IMG/VR virus record: IMGVR_UViG_651053023_000006
Reading direction: 5' to 3' (one strand)
Length of the DNA stretch: 19,487 nt
From: a virus
Taxonomy: Duplodnaviria > Heunggongvirae > Uroviricota > Caudoviricetes
Made by a program: the position numbers and the translations under genes. The notes under the pieces are model-generated. The model was not told the DNA's origin. It made no database searches and worked only from the letters and a program-made list of their open reading frames with translations. Below, piece after piece: positions 1 to 8,287 of the stretch. Every line of letters begins with the position of its first letter. The stretch's first letter is position 1.

Positions 1-1119
1 TCAAATAACCAACTTAACCCATTCCTGACCTCGAGTATCGTTATAGCGATCGGTGGTTGCCTGGACTTTATGTCCTAGTAATGTTTTTGTATCGATACCC
101 TGTGCACGGTACAGCCGTTCTGATAGAGAGCGTTGTTCATGAAATGTTGGCGGAGTTTTTCCTGCTGGTGGAATTATCCCAGCCAGATCCCGTGCTTTGG
201 CAAAGTAGTCGCTCAGGTTGTCTTTACTCATCGGCTTCGGTTGTTTCTGGTGCCGACTATGGATTAGATATGGACTTAATATTCTGTCTCGGCACCCATC
301 AATAACTTCTTTTAACGTTATCCCAATGGCATCACAGCGTAGTGTAAGCGGTAACGCCAGACGCATTCCGGTTTTTCCCTGGGTGATATGCAAATGTTCG
401 TTCCACACATCTGAAAAACGCATGTGGTAAATGTCATCACGGCGCTGACCAGTAACAATCGCAAGAAGCATTGCGTTACGGATAAAGTGTTTTTCTGGCG
501 TTGCGTTGTAAATTTTTTGCCAGTCTTCCAGGGTGAGTCTGGCTCTGGTTACTTTAGGGATCGGTTTACGGGTGGCCTCCGGAGGATTCCATCCAGGAGG
601 AACTTCCCCTGCATGCTGTGCTTCTTTATAAATATCAACCCATAATCCACGATTTACTCTCGCTGTGCTGACCATGTCTTTATCCAGCCACTCATCCAGT
701 ATTAATGCAAAGTCTCTTACTTCCAGTTCTTTCAATGGGTGGTTTCCCAGACGGGAAACCAGATATGCAGCCATTCTGGCTTTTTCTTTGTGAGTTGTAG
801 CTGCAATATCTCCATTTTTCAGTCGCGTGTCCTGTATTTTCAGATATCGATCAACCCATGCCTTTAATCTGATACCCCGACGCGTTGTTGCTGACGGACT
901 TTCATCAATTTTGCGCATGAAATATTCAGCCTCTGCTGCAGCTATTCGCTGATTGGCTGTGGAAGCGATTTTTTCTGCCTTACCTTTGTCTGTTCCGAGC
1001 CCGTGAAATTTTCCAGTCACAGGGTTTTTATACTGGTAGTAAACTCTGCCAGTTCTGCGATCAAATTTTTCGTAAAGTCCGGCTACGTCAGTGCTGTTTT
1101 TTCGTGGCCTCGGTGACAT
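1..1119 (-). CDS. int: Phage integrase, tyrosine recombinase (lambda Int family)
   Basis: 372-aa ORF with ATG at 1117-1119 and stop at 1-3. The C-terminal region (PPTFHEQRSLSERLY, LLGHK, RYNDTRGQEW) parallels the catalytic region of lambda Int as I remember it. Start overlaps the upstream xis-like ORF, as in lambda. Confidence 0.9.
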   Translation of the reverse strand: MSPRPRKNSTDVAGLYEKFDRRTGRVYYQYKNPVTGKFHGLGTDKGKAEKIASTANQRIAAAEAEYFMRKIDESPSATTRRGIRLKAWVDRYLKIQDTRLKNGDIAATTHKEKARMAAYLVSRLGNHPLKELEVRDFALILDEWLDKDMVSTARVNRGLWVDIYKEAQHAGEVPPGWNPPEATRKPIPKVTRARLTLEDWQKIYNATPEKHFIRNAMLLAIVTGQRRDDIYHMRFSDVWNEHLHITQGKTGMRLALPLTLRCDAIGITLKEVIDGCRDRILSPYLIHSRHQKQPKPMSKDNLSDYFAKARDLAGIIPPAGKTPPTFHEQRSLSERLYRAQGIDTKTLLGHKVQATTDRYNDTRGQEWVKLVI

Positions 1120-1357
1120 GAGTTAAAATCTCCTTCAGTGCATCATCATCGCCAGTATGAATTTCCGGCGCAATTCCTGTTTCACCAGGTCCAACAAATA
1201 CTGCTCGGCGATCTATCAGCCAACGCCCACGAATTTTTTGTGGTCTTGGAACGATGTATCCTAGTTTTCCGTATTTCACCAGGGTAGTGTTTGTTATTGG
1301 GAGACTGAACCGTTTTGGCTTCCACTCATCGAGCGTTATCAGGTACTGTTCGCTCAT
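1088..1357 (-). CDS. xis: Excisionase (Xis-like)
   Basis: Small ORF directly upstream of int and overlapping its start. The track start at 1366 is GTG; I prefer ATG at 1355-1357, which has GGAG about 9 nt upstream. N-terminus (YLITLDEW...) resembles lambda Xis (YLTLQEW...). Confidence 0.6.
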   Translation of the reverse strand: MSEQYLITLDEWKPKRFSLPITNTTLVKYGKLGYIVPRPQKIRGRWLIDRRAVFVGPGETGIAPEIHTGDDDALKEILTHVTEATKKQH

Positions 1358-1418
1358 GGCTATCACTCCGGAACGCGCCAGTTGCAGAATACCAACGACA
1401 ACTGGCGACGGTTGAACA

Positions 1419-3284
1419 TTAAAAATCAGCCTGACTCGGGATCAGTTTTTGCCAGATAGCTGAAACGTATTTTGCCTGGTAACGAGCGTCATCAAGTGCA
1501 TTATGGCGCTCACCTTCGAATGGAATAGCCGTTCTGGCATCGAAGTCTATGGCTTTCCCCAGCTCAACGATTGTGCGTACATCGCGATCGTTGTAGTAAC
1601 GCCACGGGCAGGGGATCCCCTGCCGTTCGTATGAACGGCGCAAAATCGTGTTGTCGAAGTTGGCTCCATTTCCCCAGACCTGAACAAAAAATTCACCGGA
1701 GTTTTCGTCGATAAATTCTCGCAATTGTAACAGTGCATCATCTAACGGGATTTCATCGGTCATAATGGCAGATTGCGCTTCGCGTGATTGCTTCAGCCAC
1801 CATTTAATGGTGTTCCGATCAATGACTCCGCCAGCAGTTTCCAGATCGATAGTCTTACTAAATTCCGGTCCCATATCTCCGGTTTGCGGATCGAAAAATA
1901 TTGCACCTATTGAGATAACCGGGGCATCAGGATTTTTTCCCATGGTTTCGAGGTCGATCATTAGATGGTCACACGTCCTGCTGGTGGATGTGATTTCGTG
2001 ATGACCGTTCATCTTAATTGAGTGATCTGCCGCCTCGCCAGTTTCATTATCGCTGGCGTGGTCCTGAGCGCTGCCAGCATTCTCCTTGTGTGGATGTTCA
2101 GCGCCTTCCATTTTCTCCGGATCGTTTTCCTGAACTTCAACCTGATTCTCTTCATCGAATGTTTCCTGGTATGTTGCGTCGCCCATCACCGCGCCACAAT
2201 CAGGGCAGTTGCCGCCACCGCTCTGACCGCAGGCGGTGCAGACTTTTTCCGCTTCCTGTTGCGCTACTGGCTCAGGTTGTTTTGTTTCCGGCTCGTTTTG
2301 TAACGCATTTGGGCTGTTTTGTTCCGCTTTCTGGTCGTTCTGTTCCGTTTCTTGCTGGTTCTGGTTCACAGAATCGCGGGTTTCAATCCCCTTCACCCAT
2401 TTCGGATCATTCGGGTCGCTAATCCCTGCAACAAATTCTCCGCGAGAGGCAGCAAGCAGTTCATTAGCGTCAGGCTGGCTGATATTGGCTGCCTGCATAA
2501 TTTTGTTTACTTCGTCAGCGGTAACTTTTACCGGCTCTGGTTGTGCGGTCGTGTCAGATGCACCAGTATTTTGTTGTGAGCCTGAGTATGTACCGTTTTT
2601 GCGGGCAAAATATTCTTCTTTCGTGATTTCAGTAGCCCCTGCAGCCAGCGCCTTATTCAGACCAGAAAGTTTGTTTGCACGACCATATTTTTCGCCATCC
2701 TTATCGGTGAAAAGGAAGTAGAACGGCCCCTCACGCTCTACAGATGGTTCAGTTTCCAGCGTGCTTTCATTTTTTTGGGTATCAGATACTTCAGTTTCCA
2801 CTGCATCAGTTTGTGCTGCTGACGGCTGGAGAATATCAGCAGCGTTCTGGTCTGTTTCTTCATCCTCAAACACGCCCTTTGTCGCCAGGTATTCAGTGAT
2901 GTATTTGTTCAGTGCTACGGGATCTTTGTGAATGTCGATCGGACGCTCACGGACAAGGCCAAAAATAGTCTGACGGTCGTAGCGGACGGCATCGGGTTGT
3001 TTGCGCATTGATGCGGAAATGCGCTTCCAGTCTTCGCGATCTTTGTCGATAACTTCATTGTTTCTGGCTAACCAGCAACGCGCGCCAGATTCGGTTTTAA
3101 ACGTTTTGCTTTTGGTATATGTCATCGCGGTGAACGTACCGTCCTGGTTGGGGAACACGCCGCATACCAGAGATTCGTTGTTGCCAAGATCGATAGTATC
3201 CATGCTGACCTCATTTCCCCTTAACGCCGGGGTAGCGGAACAAAAACCTGCTGCATAGTTATTAAAGTTGAACCCTGCCGTCAT
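1419..3284 (-). CDS. Phage exonuclease, C-terminal DnaQ-like DEDDh 3'-5' exonuclease domain with acidic N-terminal region and CxxC...CxxC zinc ribbon
   Basis: 621-aa ORF. C-terminal motifs read in the translation: IDLETMG (Exo I), NGANFD (Exo II), HNALDDA (Exo III). Zinc ribbon [16 protein letters not shown]. Start is ambiguous: ATG at 3282-3284, or ATG at 3201-3203 which has GAGG 7 nt upstream. Confidence 0.7.
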   Translation of the reverse strand: MTAGFNFNNYAAGFCSATPALRGNEVSMDTIDLGNNESLVCGVFPNQDGTFTAMTYTKSKTFKTESGARCWLARNNEVIDKDREDWKRISASMRKQPDAVRYDRQTIFGLVRERPIDIHKDPVALNKYITEYLATKGVFEDEETDQNAADILQPSAAQTDAVETEVSDTQKNESTLETEPSVEREGPFYFLFTDKDGEKYGRANKLSGLNKALAAGATEITKEEYFARKNGTYSGSQQNTGASDTTAQPEPVKVTADEVNKIMQAANISQPDANELLAASRGEFVAGISDPNDPKWVKGIETRDSVNQNQQETEQNDQKAEQNSPNALQNEPETKQPEPVAQQEAEKVCTACGQSGGGNCPDCGAVMGDATYQETFDEENQVEVQENDPEKMEGAEHPHKENAGSAQDHASDNETGEAADHSIKMNGHHEITSTSRTCDHLMIDLETMGKNPDAPVISIGAIFFDPQTGDMGPEFSKTIDLETAGGVIDRNTIKWWLKQSREAQSAIMTDEIPLDDALLQLREFIDENSGEFFVQVWGNGANFDNTILRRSYERQGIPCPWRYYNDRDVRTIVELGKAIDFDARTAIPFEGERHNALDDARYQAKYVSAIWQKLIPSQADF

Positions 3285-3374
3285 GTTCTTACGCCTCGGG
3301 CTGGCTACTTAACCCCTGACCACTGCCTGGTAACTCGAAGTATTGCCCTGCATTCTGTGGGGCGGGGTGGGTTG

Positions 3375-3425
3375 GTATTTTTAGTTTAATAAACATTAAA
3401 CTTAAGTCAAGTAAAAACTAAACCA
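3375..3425. promoter_or_regulatory. Candidate left operator region (OL-like) with inverted TAGTTTA / ACTAAAC motifs
   Basis: Sequence TAGTTTAATAAACATTAAACTTAAGTCAAGTAAAAACTAAACC. Its reverse complement shares ACTTGACTTAA and TTTATTAAAC-ACTAAA with the regulator-cro intergenic region at 4390-4430. Confidence 0.35.
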
Positions 3426-3494
3426 CGGGGCGTAACAAACACAACGCTTTTGATAAAGTCGTTGCGGTTGTTATGTTTCTATTGGTAGTGAAAG

Positions 3495-3773
3495 TTAGGG
3501 AAACTGGCGTCTTGCGTGGATCACGTTTACTACTTCAACGCTTGATGTTGTTACGCGGTATAGAATTATATAGTTAGGGTGGGCTACAATCTCACGCAAG
3601 CCAGGTACTCTGTCGCTTGGTGGGTATAAATACGGATGTTCGGATAACGGCAGCACACAACCCCTTAATCGCTGCCATAAGCGTTCAGCCGCATCTATGT
3701 CGAAACGAGCAATATAGCTAGTTATATCATCTAGGTCGGTATCTGCGCTTTCAAGCCATAACACGGGTAACAT
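3495..3773 (-). CDS. parE2: ParE-family type II toxin (ParE2-like)
   Basis: Track ORF trimmed to the internal ATG at 3771-3773, giving 92 aa. Typical ParE pattern (DLDDI...YRV...EVVNVIHARR). Start overlaps the stop of the upstream antitoxin (3775-3777). Confidence 0.75.
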   Translation of the reverse strand: MLPVLWLESADTDLDDITSYIARFDIDAAERLWQRLRGCVLPLSEHPYLYPPSDRVPGLREIVAHPNYIILYRVTTSSVEVVNVIHARRQFP

Positions 3774-3774
3774 T

Positions 3775-3966
3775 TTACTGCTTGCTCCGTTCCTTGCGCA
3801 TTTTAGCAAAGCGTTCTGCCATTCTGCGCTCAACTTCGTCATGGGGAATTGCTGGGCGCGGATCTGCAAGGCTCGTTGCTACTTTCGCACGCAGCCATTC
3901 GTTGTAACTGTTTTCTTGTTCAATGGTTTCAAATTCAGAAACCATTGGTGAAAGGGCTCTATTCAT
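3775..3966 (-). CDS. paaA2: Antitoxin of ParE toxin (PaaA2-like, 63 aa)
   Basis: ATG at 3964-3966 with AGGAGG-type RBS on the coding strand (GGAGGAAACATG). 63 aa (MNRALSPMVSEFETIEQENSYNEWLRAK...) immediately upstream of and coupled to the ParE gene. Size and sequence match my recollection of PaaA2 from the E. coli O157 paaR2-paaA2-parE2 module. Confidence 0.65.
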   Translation of the reverse strand: MNRALSPMVSEFETIEQENSYNEWLRAKVATSLADPRPAIPHDEVERRMAERFAKMRKERSKQ

Positions 3967-3986
3967 GTTTCCTCCGGTTTTATAAC

Positions 3987-4358
3987 TCAGGCGCGGCGGC
4001 ATTTTTGCGCCGCAATCCATCTCGCTATGAGATCTTCCATTGATTCTTTTTTCTGCTTTAACTCGCTGATTATCTGGCGTTGCTCATCCTCAGGGAAGGC
4101 TGAAAAAATCTGCAATAATTCCAGTTGATTAGACGTTAACCCTGCATGTGGTGGAGAAACTTCCGGTTGTTCTGCGTATTCCGCATCCAGATACCCTTCC
4201 GGCATCCCGTATGTTTGCTCTATTCTTCTGGCAGCCTTTTCTCCAAACGAGGCCCTCCCACTCATTAGTTGAGATAGGTAGCTCTTCTCTTTGGGTGGCA
4301 GAGTTTTATCTTTAAACCACTCCTTGAGACGTAAACGGCGAATTTCTTTTTTTTGCAT
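3987..4358 (-). CDS. paaR2: HTH transcriptional regulator in the prophage repressor (CI) position, PaaR2-like
   Basis: Track ORF starts at GTG 4421; I prefer ATG at 4356-4358 (123 aa). It lies divergent to the cro-like gene and is first in an operon with the antitoxin and toxin. There is no SD before the ATG, which would fit a leaderless mRNA. Confidence 0.6.
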   Translation of the reverse strand: MQKKEIRRLRLKEWFKDKTLPPKEKSYLSQLMSGRASFGEKAARRIEQTYGMPEGYLDAEYAEQPEVSPPHAGLTSNQLELLQIFSAFPEDEQRQIISELKQKKESMEDLIARWIAAQKCRRA

Positions 4359-4359
4359 G

Positions 4360-4455
4360 TGGTAATTATCTTTAGTAATCACTAAACAAGCAAATACTTG
4401 ACTTAATGGTTTATTAAACACTAAACTCGCAAAAAAACACTAAACCGAGGAAGGT
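4360..4455. promoter_or_regulatory. Divergent promoter/operator region (OR-like) between regulator and cro-like gene
   Basis: Three direct copies of CACTAAAC (4379-4386, 4419-4426, 4437-4444). Candidate rightward promoter TTGACT (4397-4402), 17-nt spacer, TAAACT. The cro-like gene has a strong RBS (GAGGAAGG). Confidence 0.4.
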
Positions 4456-4758
4456 ATGACATTAAAAGAGTTTATTAAATCATTGAGGGTTGGTGATGCT
4501 AAGAAATTCGCGGCCAGACTTGGTGTATCGCCATCTTACTTATCGCAAATGGCGTCTGGACGAGCAGCTATATCTCCAACCCGCGCCCTTATGATCGAAT
4601 CTGCGACGGAAGGCCAAGTAAGTAGGGCGGAGCTACGACCCCATGATTGGGAGCTTATTTGGCCTGAGTATGCGAGCGGCATTCGTTTGGGGCAAACACA
4701 TGTAGTTCATGCTGAAGGTGATTGTAGTGCATGCTTATCTGATGGAGTTGATTCATGA
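4456..4758 (+). CDS. Cro/YdaS-like HTH regulator
   Basis: 100-aa ORF, ATG at 4456, with an HTH segment (FAARLGVSPSYLSQMASGRAAISPTRAL). Divergent from the repressor-like gene. Its stop overlaps the next start as ATGA at 4755-4758. Confidence 0.7.
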   Translation: MTLKEFIKSLRVGDAKKFAARLGVSPSYLSQMASGRAAISPTRALMIESATEGQVSRAELRPHDWELIWPEYASGIRLGQTHVVHAEGDCSACLSDGVDS

Positions 4759-5179
4759 AAATCAAGCATGAACACATCCGCATGGCGATGAATGCCTGGG
4801 CGCGTCCTGATGGCGAAAAAGTTCCAGCAGCTGAAATAACCCGGGCTTATTTTGAGCTTGGTATGACGTTCCCAGAGCTATATGACGACAGGCATCCGGA
4901 AGCCCTGGCTCGCAATACTCAGAAAATTTTCCGCTGGGTGGAGAAAGACACCCCTGATGCGGTTAAAAAATTCAGGCGCTGTTACCGGCGATCGAAAAGG
5001 CAATGCCACCTCTGCTGGTGGCCCGAATGCGCAGCCACAGTTCAGCCTATTTTCGGGAGCTGGTGGAGATGCGGGAACGACTGGTGAGAGACGCTGATGA
5101 TTTTGTCGCAGTGGCGATCGCTGGTTTCAATCAGATGAATCGTGGTGGTCCGGCGGGAAATGCCGTGGTGATGCACTAA
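4755..5179 (+). pseudogene. cII/YdaT-like regulator gene interrupted by a frameshift at an A6 run (4965-4970)
   Basis: Frame 1 from ATG 4755 stops at 5087. The frame shifted by -1 after the A6 run reads cleanly to TAA at 5177-5179 (...IQALLPAIEKAMPPLLVARMRSHSSAYFRELVEMRERLVRDADDFVAVAIAGFNQMNRGGPAGNAVVMH). A single extra A would give one ORF of about 141 aa. Confidence 0.5.
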
Positions 5180-5202
5180 AAGCACGGTGTTCGGAGTTTT
5201 TT

Positions 5203-6150
5203 ATGAGCAGCAAGCTTCATGGTCTTGTCTGGGAAGGGTGTGCCTTCACCGGCATGATCTTATCCAGGGTGGCAGTTATGGCTCGCCTTGCAGATTACAG
5301 CAATGACGAAGGTGTGTCATGGCCTGCAGTGGAGACCATTCGTCGTCAGATTGGGGCAAAGAGTGAATCAACGGTTAAAGCTGCGATAGCAGAACTGGAA
5401 AAGAACGGCTGGCTGACGAAGGAGGAACGTAAGGTCGGTGGGCGTAATGAAAGCAATATCTACCGTCTTAATGTGGAAAAACTCGAAGCAGCAGCAGCGG
5501 CAGCGCGTGAGGCATATAAACCGAAAAGAAAAATTAGCCAGGCAAAAAATGACCCGTCAAATATTGACCCCTCAACGGTTGACCCGTCAAATTTTGATGG
5601 ATCAACCGTTGATAAAAAACAGCCGGTTAGGGGGGCGATGGTTGGCCCCGATCCGTCAGTATTAAAACCTGATCCGTCAGATAAAAGATCTTTTCGTCCG
5701 GACGCTTCGCAACCGGACCCGCAGACGGCTGAACAGGATTTTTTAACCCGACACCCTGACGCGGTTGTGTTCAGTGCGAAAAAACGCCAGTGGGGCAGCC
5801 AGGAGGATTTAGCGTGTGCGCAGTGGATCTGGGGACGAATCGTGAGTCTTTACGAGCAGGCTGCCAGCGATGATGGCGAAATCATGCGACCGAAAGAACC
5901 CAACTGGACTGCATGGGCCAATGATGTGCGCACAATGCGGATGCTGGATGGCAGAACTCACAGACAAATTTGCGAAATGTTTGGTCGGGTACAGCGGGAT
6001 CCATTCTGGGTAAAAAACGTCATGAGCCCGTCAAAGCTTCGCGAAAAATGGGATGAGCTGGTTATTCGTCTGGGGCGTTCGCCTGTACAGCGTTGCGTGA
6101 ATCACATTTCTGAACCGGACACCGAAATTCCGCCGGGATTCAGGGGGTAA
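5203..6150 (+). CDS. Replication initiator, lambda O-like, with iteron-encoded linker
   Basis: 315-aa ORF with GGAG RBS. N-terminal winged-helix-like segment. The central peptide repeats (DPSNIDPSTVDPSNFDGSTVD...PDPSVLKPDPSD) are encoded by DNA iterons. It is followed by a DnaC-like loader gene. Confidence 0.7.
   Translation: MSSKLHGLVWEGCAFTGMILSRVAVMARLADYSNDEGVSWPAVETIRRQIGAKSESTVKAAIAELEKNGWLTKEERKVGGRNESNIYRLNVEKLEAAAAAAREAYKPKRKISQAKNDPSNIDPSTVDPSNFDGSTVDKKQPVRGAMVGPDPSVLKPDPSDKRSFRPDASQPDPQTAEQDFLTRHPDAVVFSAKKRQWGSQEDLACAQWIWGRIVSLYEQAASDDGEIMRPKEPNWTAWANDVRTMRMLDGRTHRQICEMFGRVQRDPFWVKNVMSPSKLREKWDELVIRLGRSPVQRCVNHISEPDTEIPPGFRG
5548..5690. repeat. Iteron array inside the O-like gene (candidate ori)
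   Basis: Repeated TGACCCGTCAA-type units (ATGACCCGTCAAAT, TTGACCCCTCAAC, TTGACCCGTCAAAT, GGATCAACCGTTGAT, CGATCCGTCAGTA, TGATCCGTCAGAT), each with partial dyad symmetry, followed by an A/T-richer stretch. Confidence 0.5.
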
Positions 6151-6156
6151 CGAAGC

Positions 6157-6903
6157 ATGAAAAATATTGCGACAGGCGGTGTTCTTGAACGCATCCGTAA
6201 GCTGGCTCCGCAGCATGTAACCGCGCCATACCGAACAGTGGACGAGTGGCGCGAGTGGCAACTTGCAGAAGGCCAGAAGCGTTGCGAGGAGATCAACCGC
6301 CAGAATCGTCAGTTGCGGGTGGAAAAAATTCTGAATCGCTCCGGCATCCAGCCGTTGCACCGCAAGTGCTCGTTTGCGAATTACCAGGTGCAGAATGACG
6401 GCCAGCGATACGCGTTGAGCCAGGCGAAATCCATCGCCGATGAACTGATGACCGGATGCACAAATTTCGCATTCAGCGGAAAACCTGGTACCGGGAAAAA
6501 CCACTTAGCGGCGGCTATCGGGAATCGCCTGCTGAAAGATGGCCAGACAGTGATTGTGGTTACCGTGGCTGATGTCATGAGTGCTCTACACGCCAGCTAT
6601 GACGACGGGCAATCAGGCGAAAAATTTTTGCGGGAACTGTGCGAAGTGGATCTGCTGGTTCTTGATGAAATTGGTATTCAGCGCGAGACGAAAAACGAGC
6701 AGGTGGTACTGCACCAGATTGTTGATCGCCGGACAGCGTCGATGCGCAGCGTGGGGATGCTGACAAACCTGAACTATGAGGCCATGAAAACATTGCTCGG
6801 CGAGCGGATTATGGATCGCATGACCATGAACGGCGGGCGCTGGGTGAATTTTAACTGGGAGAGCTGGCGCCCGAATGTTGGTCAGCCAGGTATTGAGAAG
6901 TAA
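6157..6903 (+). CDS. DnaC-like helicase loader (phage P / YdaV-like AAA+ ATPase)
   Basis: 248 aa. Walker [14 protein letters not shown] and Walker [19 protein letters not shown]. Immediately downstream of the O-like gene. Confidence 0.85.
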   Translation: MKNIATGGVLERIRKLAPQHVTAPYRTVDEWREWQLAEGQKRCEEINRQNRQLRVEKILNRSGIQPLHRKCSFANYQVQNDGQRYALSQAKSIADELMTGCTNFAFSGKPGTGKNHLAAAIGNRLLKDGQTVIVVTVADVMSALHASYDDGQSGEKFLRELCEVDLLVLDEIGIQRETKNEQVVLHQIVDRRTASMRSVGMLTNLNYEAMKTLLGERIMDRMTMNGGRWVNFNWESWRPNVGQPGIEK

Positions 6904-6925
6904 TTTTTACCGGGAGGAAATTTTA

Positions 6926-7696
6926 ATGGAGACCGTTTTTGACGCACTGAAAGCGATGGGAAAAGCCACGTCGGTAGAGCTGGCTGCGCGACTTGATATC
7001 AGTCGTGAAGAAGTACTGAACGAGCTGTGGGAACTGAAAAAGGCTGGCTTCGTTGATAAAAGCGTATACACCTGGCGTGTGGCTGGCGAAGGTGAATCAG
7101 GGGTAGCCGAAGAGCAGCCAGCACAATCTGAAGTACAGGATGTGCTAACCAGGGAGGTCGAACGAAAAGTTACCGCTGACATGATGATTGAGTTTATCGG
7201 TCAGGAGGGAGCTAAAACGTGTGAGGAACTGGCGGGTAAGTTCGGTGTCAGCACTCGCAAGGTTGCTTCCACGCTGGCGGTAGTAACCGCAACGGGGCGG
7301 CTGGCACGCGTAAACCAGAACGGTAAATTTCGCTACTGCATACCGGGCGATAATTTACCAGCAGAGCCGAAAGCTGCATTGGTAGCGGAAACTGATGGTA
7401 AAGCCTTTCCTCAGCCAGCAAGTGTTGCGTTACCAGTACAGGAAGCTGCAACACAGGAAGATATTAAAACAGAAACTGTGGCGGACATTGTGCAGTCGCT
7501 GCCATCGTTCACTGAAACACGAGCTGATGGCCTGATTTTACCATCGCTGCATATGGCAAACCGCGAACTGCGCCGGGCGAAAAGTCATGCCCAGAAGTGG
7601 GAGCGAGTTTGCGCCGCGCTGCGGGAGCTGAACAAGCACCGGGATATTGTCCGACAGATTGTCGATTCCTCCAGTCGTATTGTGCCGGAAAAGTGA
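6926..7696 (+). CDS. Hypothetical phage protein with two winged-helix-like segments
   Basis: Track ORF trimmed to ATG 6926, which has a GGGAGGA RBS. Two similar segments ([30 protein letters not shown] and [30 protein letters not shown]). Confidence 0.55.
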   Translation: METVFDALKAMGKATSVELAARLDISREEVLNELWELKKAGFVDKSVYTWRVAGEGESGVAEEQPAQSEVQDVLTREVERKVTADMMIEFIGQEGAKTCEELAGKFGVSTRKVASTLAVVTATGRLARVNQNGKFRYCIPGDNLPAEPKAALVAETDGKAFPQPASVALPVQEAATQEDIKTETVADIVQSLPSFTETRADGLILPSLHMANRELRRAKSHAQKWERVCAALRELNKHRDIVRQIVDSSSRIVPEK

Positions 7697-7712
7697 TTCC
7701 TGGGGAGGGCTT

Positions 7713-8168
7713 ATGGCAAAAGTATTTACACAGGAAGAGCGAGAAAAAATTAAAGGGCAGGTTGTTGAGCTGGTACGCCAGAGCGGGCGCGAGACGTTAC
7801 GGCAACTGGAAGCGAAAACTGGTGCGACAAGATATCTGATGAGTGTTATCGCCAGAGAGCTGGTTGCCAGTGGCGATGTATATAACTCTGGCTACGGGTT
7901 ATTCCCGTCTGAACAGGCTCGTAAGGACTGGCAAAACGCCCGCAAAAAACTCTCAAGGGCAAATCTGAAGAAACCATCTGTGGTTGATCCGGACCTTATC
8001 TGGTCATTACCAGACGGAGAAATGCGTCGCTACGATAGGCGCCTGAATATAATCTGTCGCGAGTGCCGGAAGAGCGAAGCTATGCAGCGTGTACTGGCAT
8101 TTTACCAGAATGGTTTTCGAGAGACATTCGGTGAACAGGTTGTGCATGAGGGAAATCATGGCGCTTAG
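7713..8168 (+). CDS. Hypothetical phage protein (N-terminal HTH-like segment)
   Basis: Track ORF trimmed to ATG 7713, which has a GGGGAGGG RBS. 151 aa. No catalytic motif recognised. Confidence 0.55.
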   Translation: MAKVFTQEEREKIKGQVVELVRQSGRETLRQLEAKTGATRYLMSVIARELVASGDVYNSGYGLFPSEQARKDWQNARKKLSRANLKKPSVVDPDLIWSLPDGEMRRYDRRLNIICRECRKSEAMQRVLAFYQNGFRETFGEQVVHEGNHGA

Positions 8169-8278
8169 GCAATTGTGTAGACGCGTTGACGGTCGAAAGC
8201 ATAGGAGGGTTGATTGATCGTTCTAGTTATGCTGTCAGAGCGAAAGCGCAGGAACTGGGTATCAATAGGATGTTAAGA

Positions 8279-8287
8279 GGGGGGGGG
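8279..8287. repeat. G9 homopolymer tract separating two ORF fragments
   Basis: Nine consecutive G read directly in the sequence. The upstream fragment ends ...INRMLRGGGL and stops at TAA 8291-8293. The downstream frame encodes YNQSKKHPQSDIELVRKLHQCGVPRRDIAVKREMSLGMINQYVYFDRRAHEV and stops at 8445-8447. Confidence 0.9.

Noticed and set aside
2018-2721. Plus-strand ORFs of 86-161 aa (2018-2422, 2022-2303, 2236-2721, 2319-2579) inside the exonuclease gene
   Set aside because: Antisense to a well-supported 621-aa gene; translations are low-complexity and Cys/Phe/Ser-rich, with no RBS support. Typical shadow ORFs.
4882-5097. 71-aa ORF in an alternative frame within the cII/YdaT-like region
   Set aside because: It is the +1 frame across the frameshift region and has a Gly/Ala-rich implausible product. 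The coherent continuation is in the other frame, ending at 5179.
6031-6793. Minus-strand ORFs (6031-6504, 6102-6296, 6381-6578, 6575-6793) overlapping the O-like and DnaC-like genes
   Set aside because: Antisense to genes with clear Walker motifs and coupling; no independent support.
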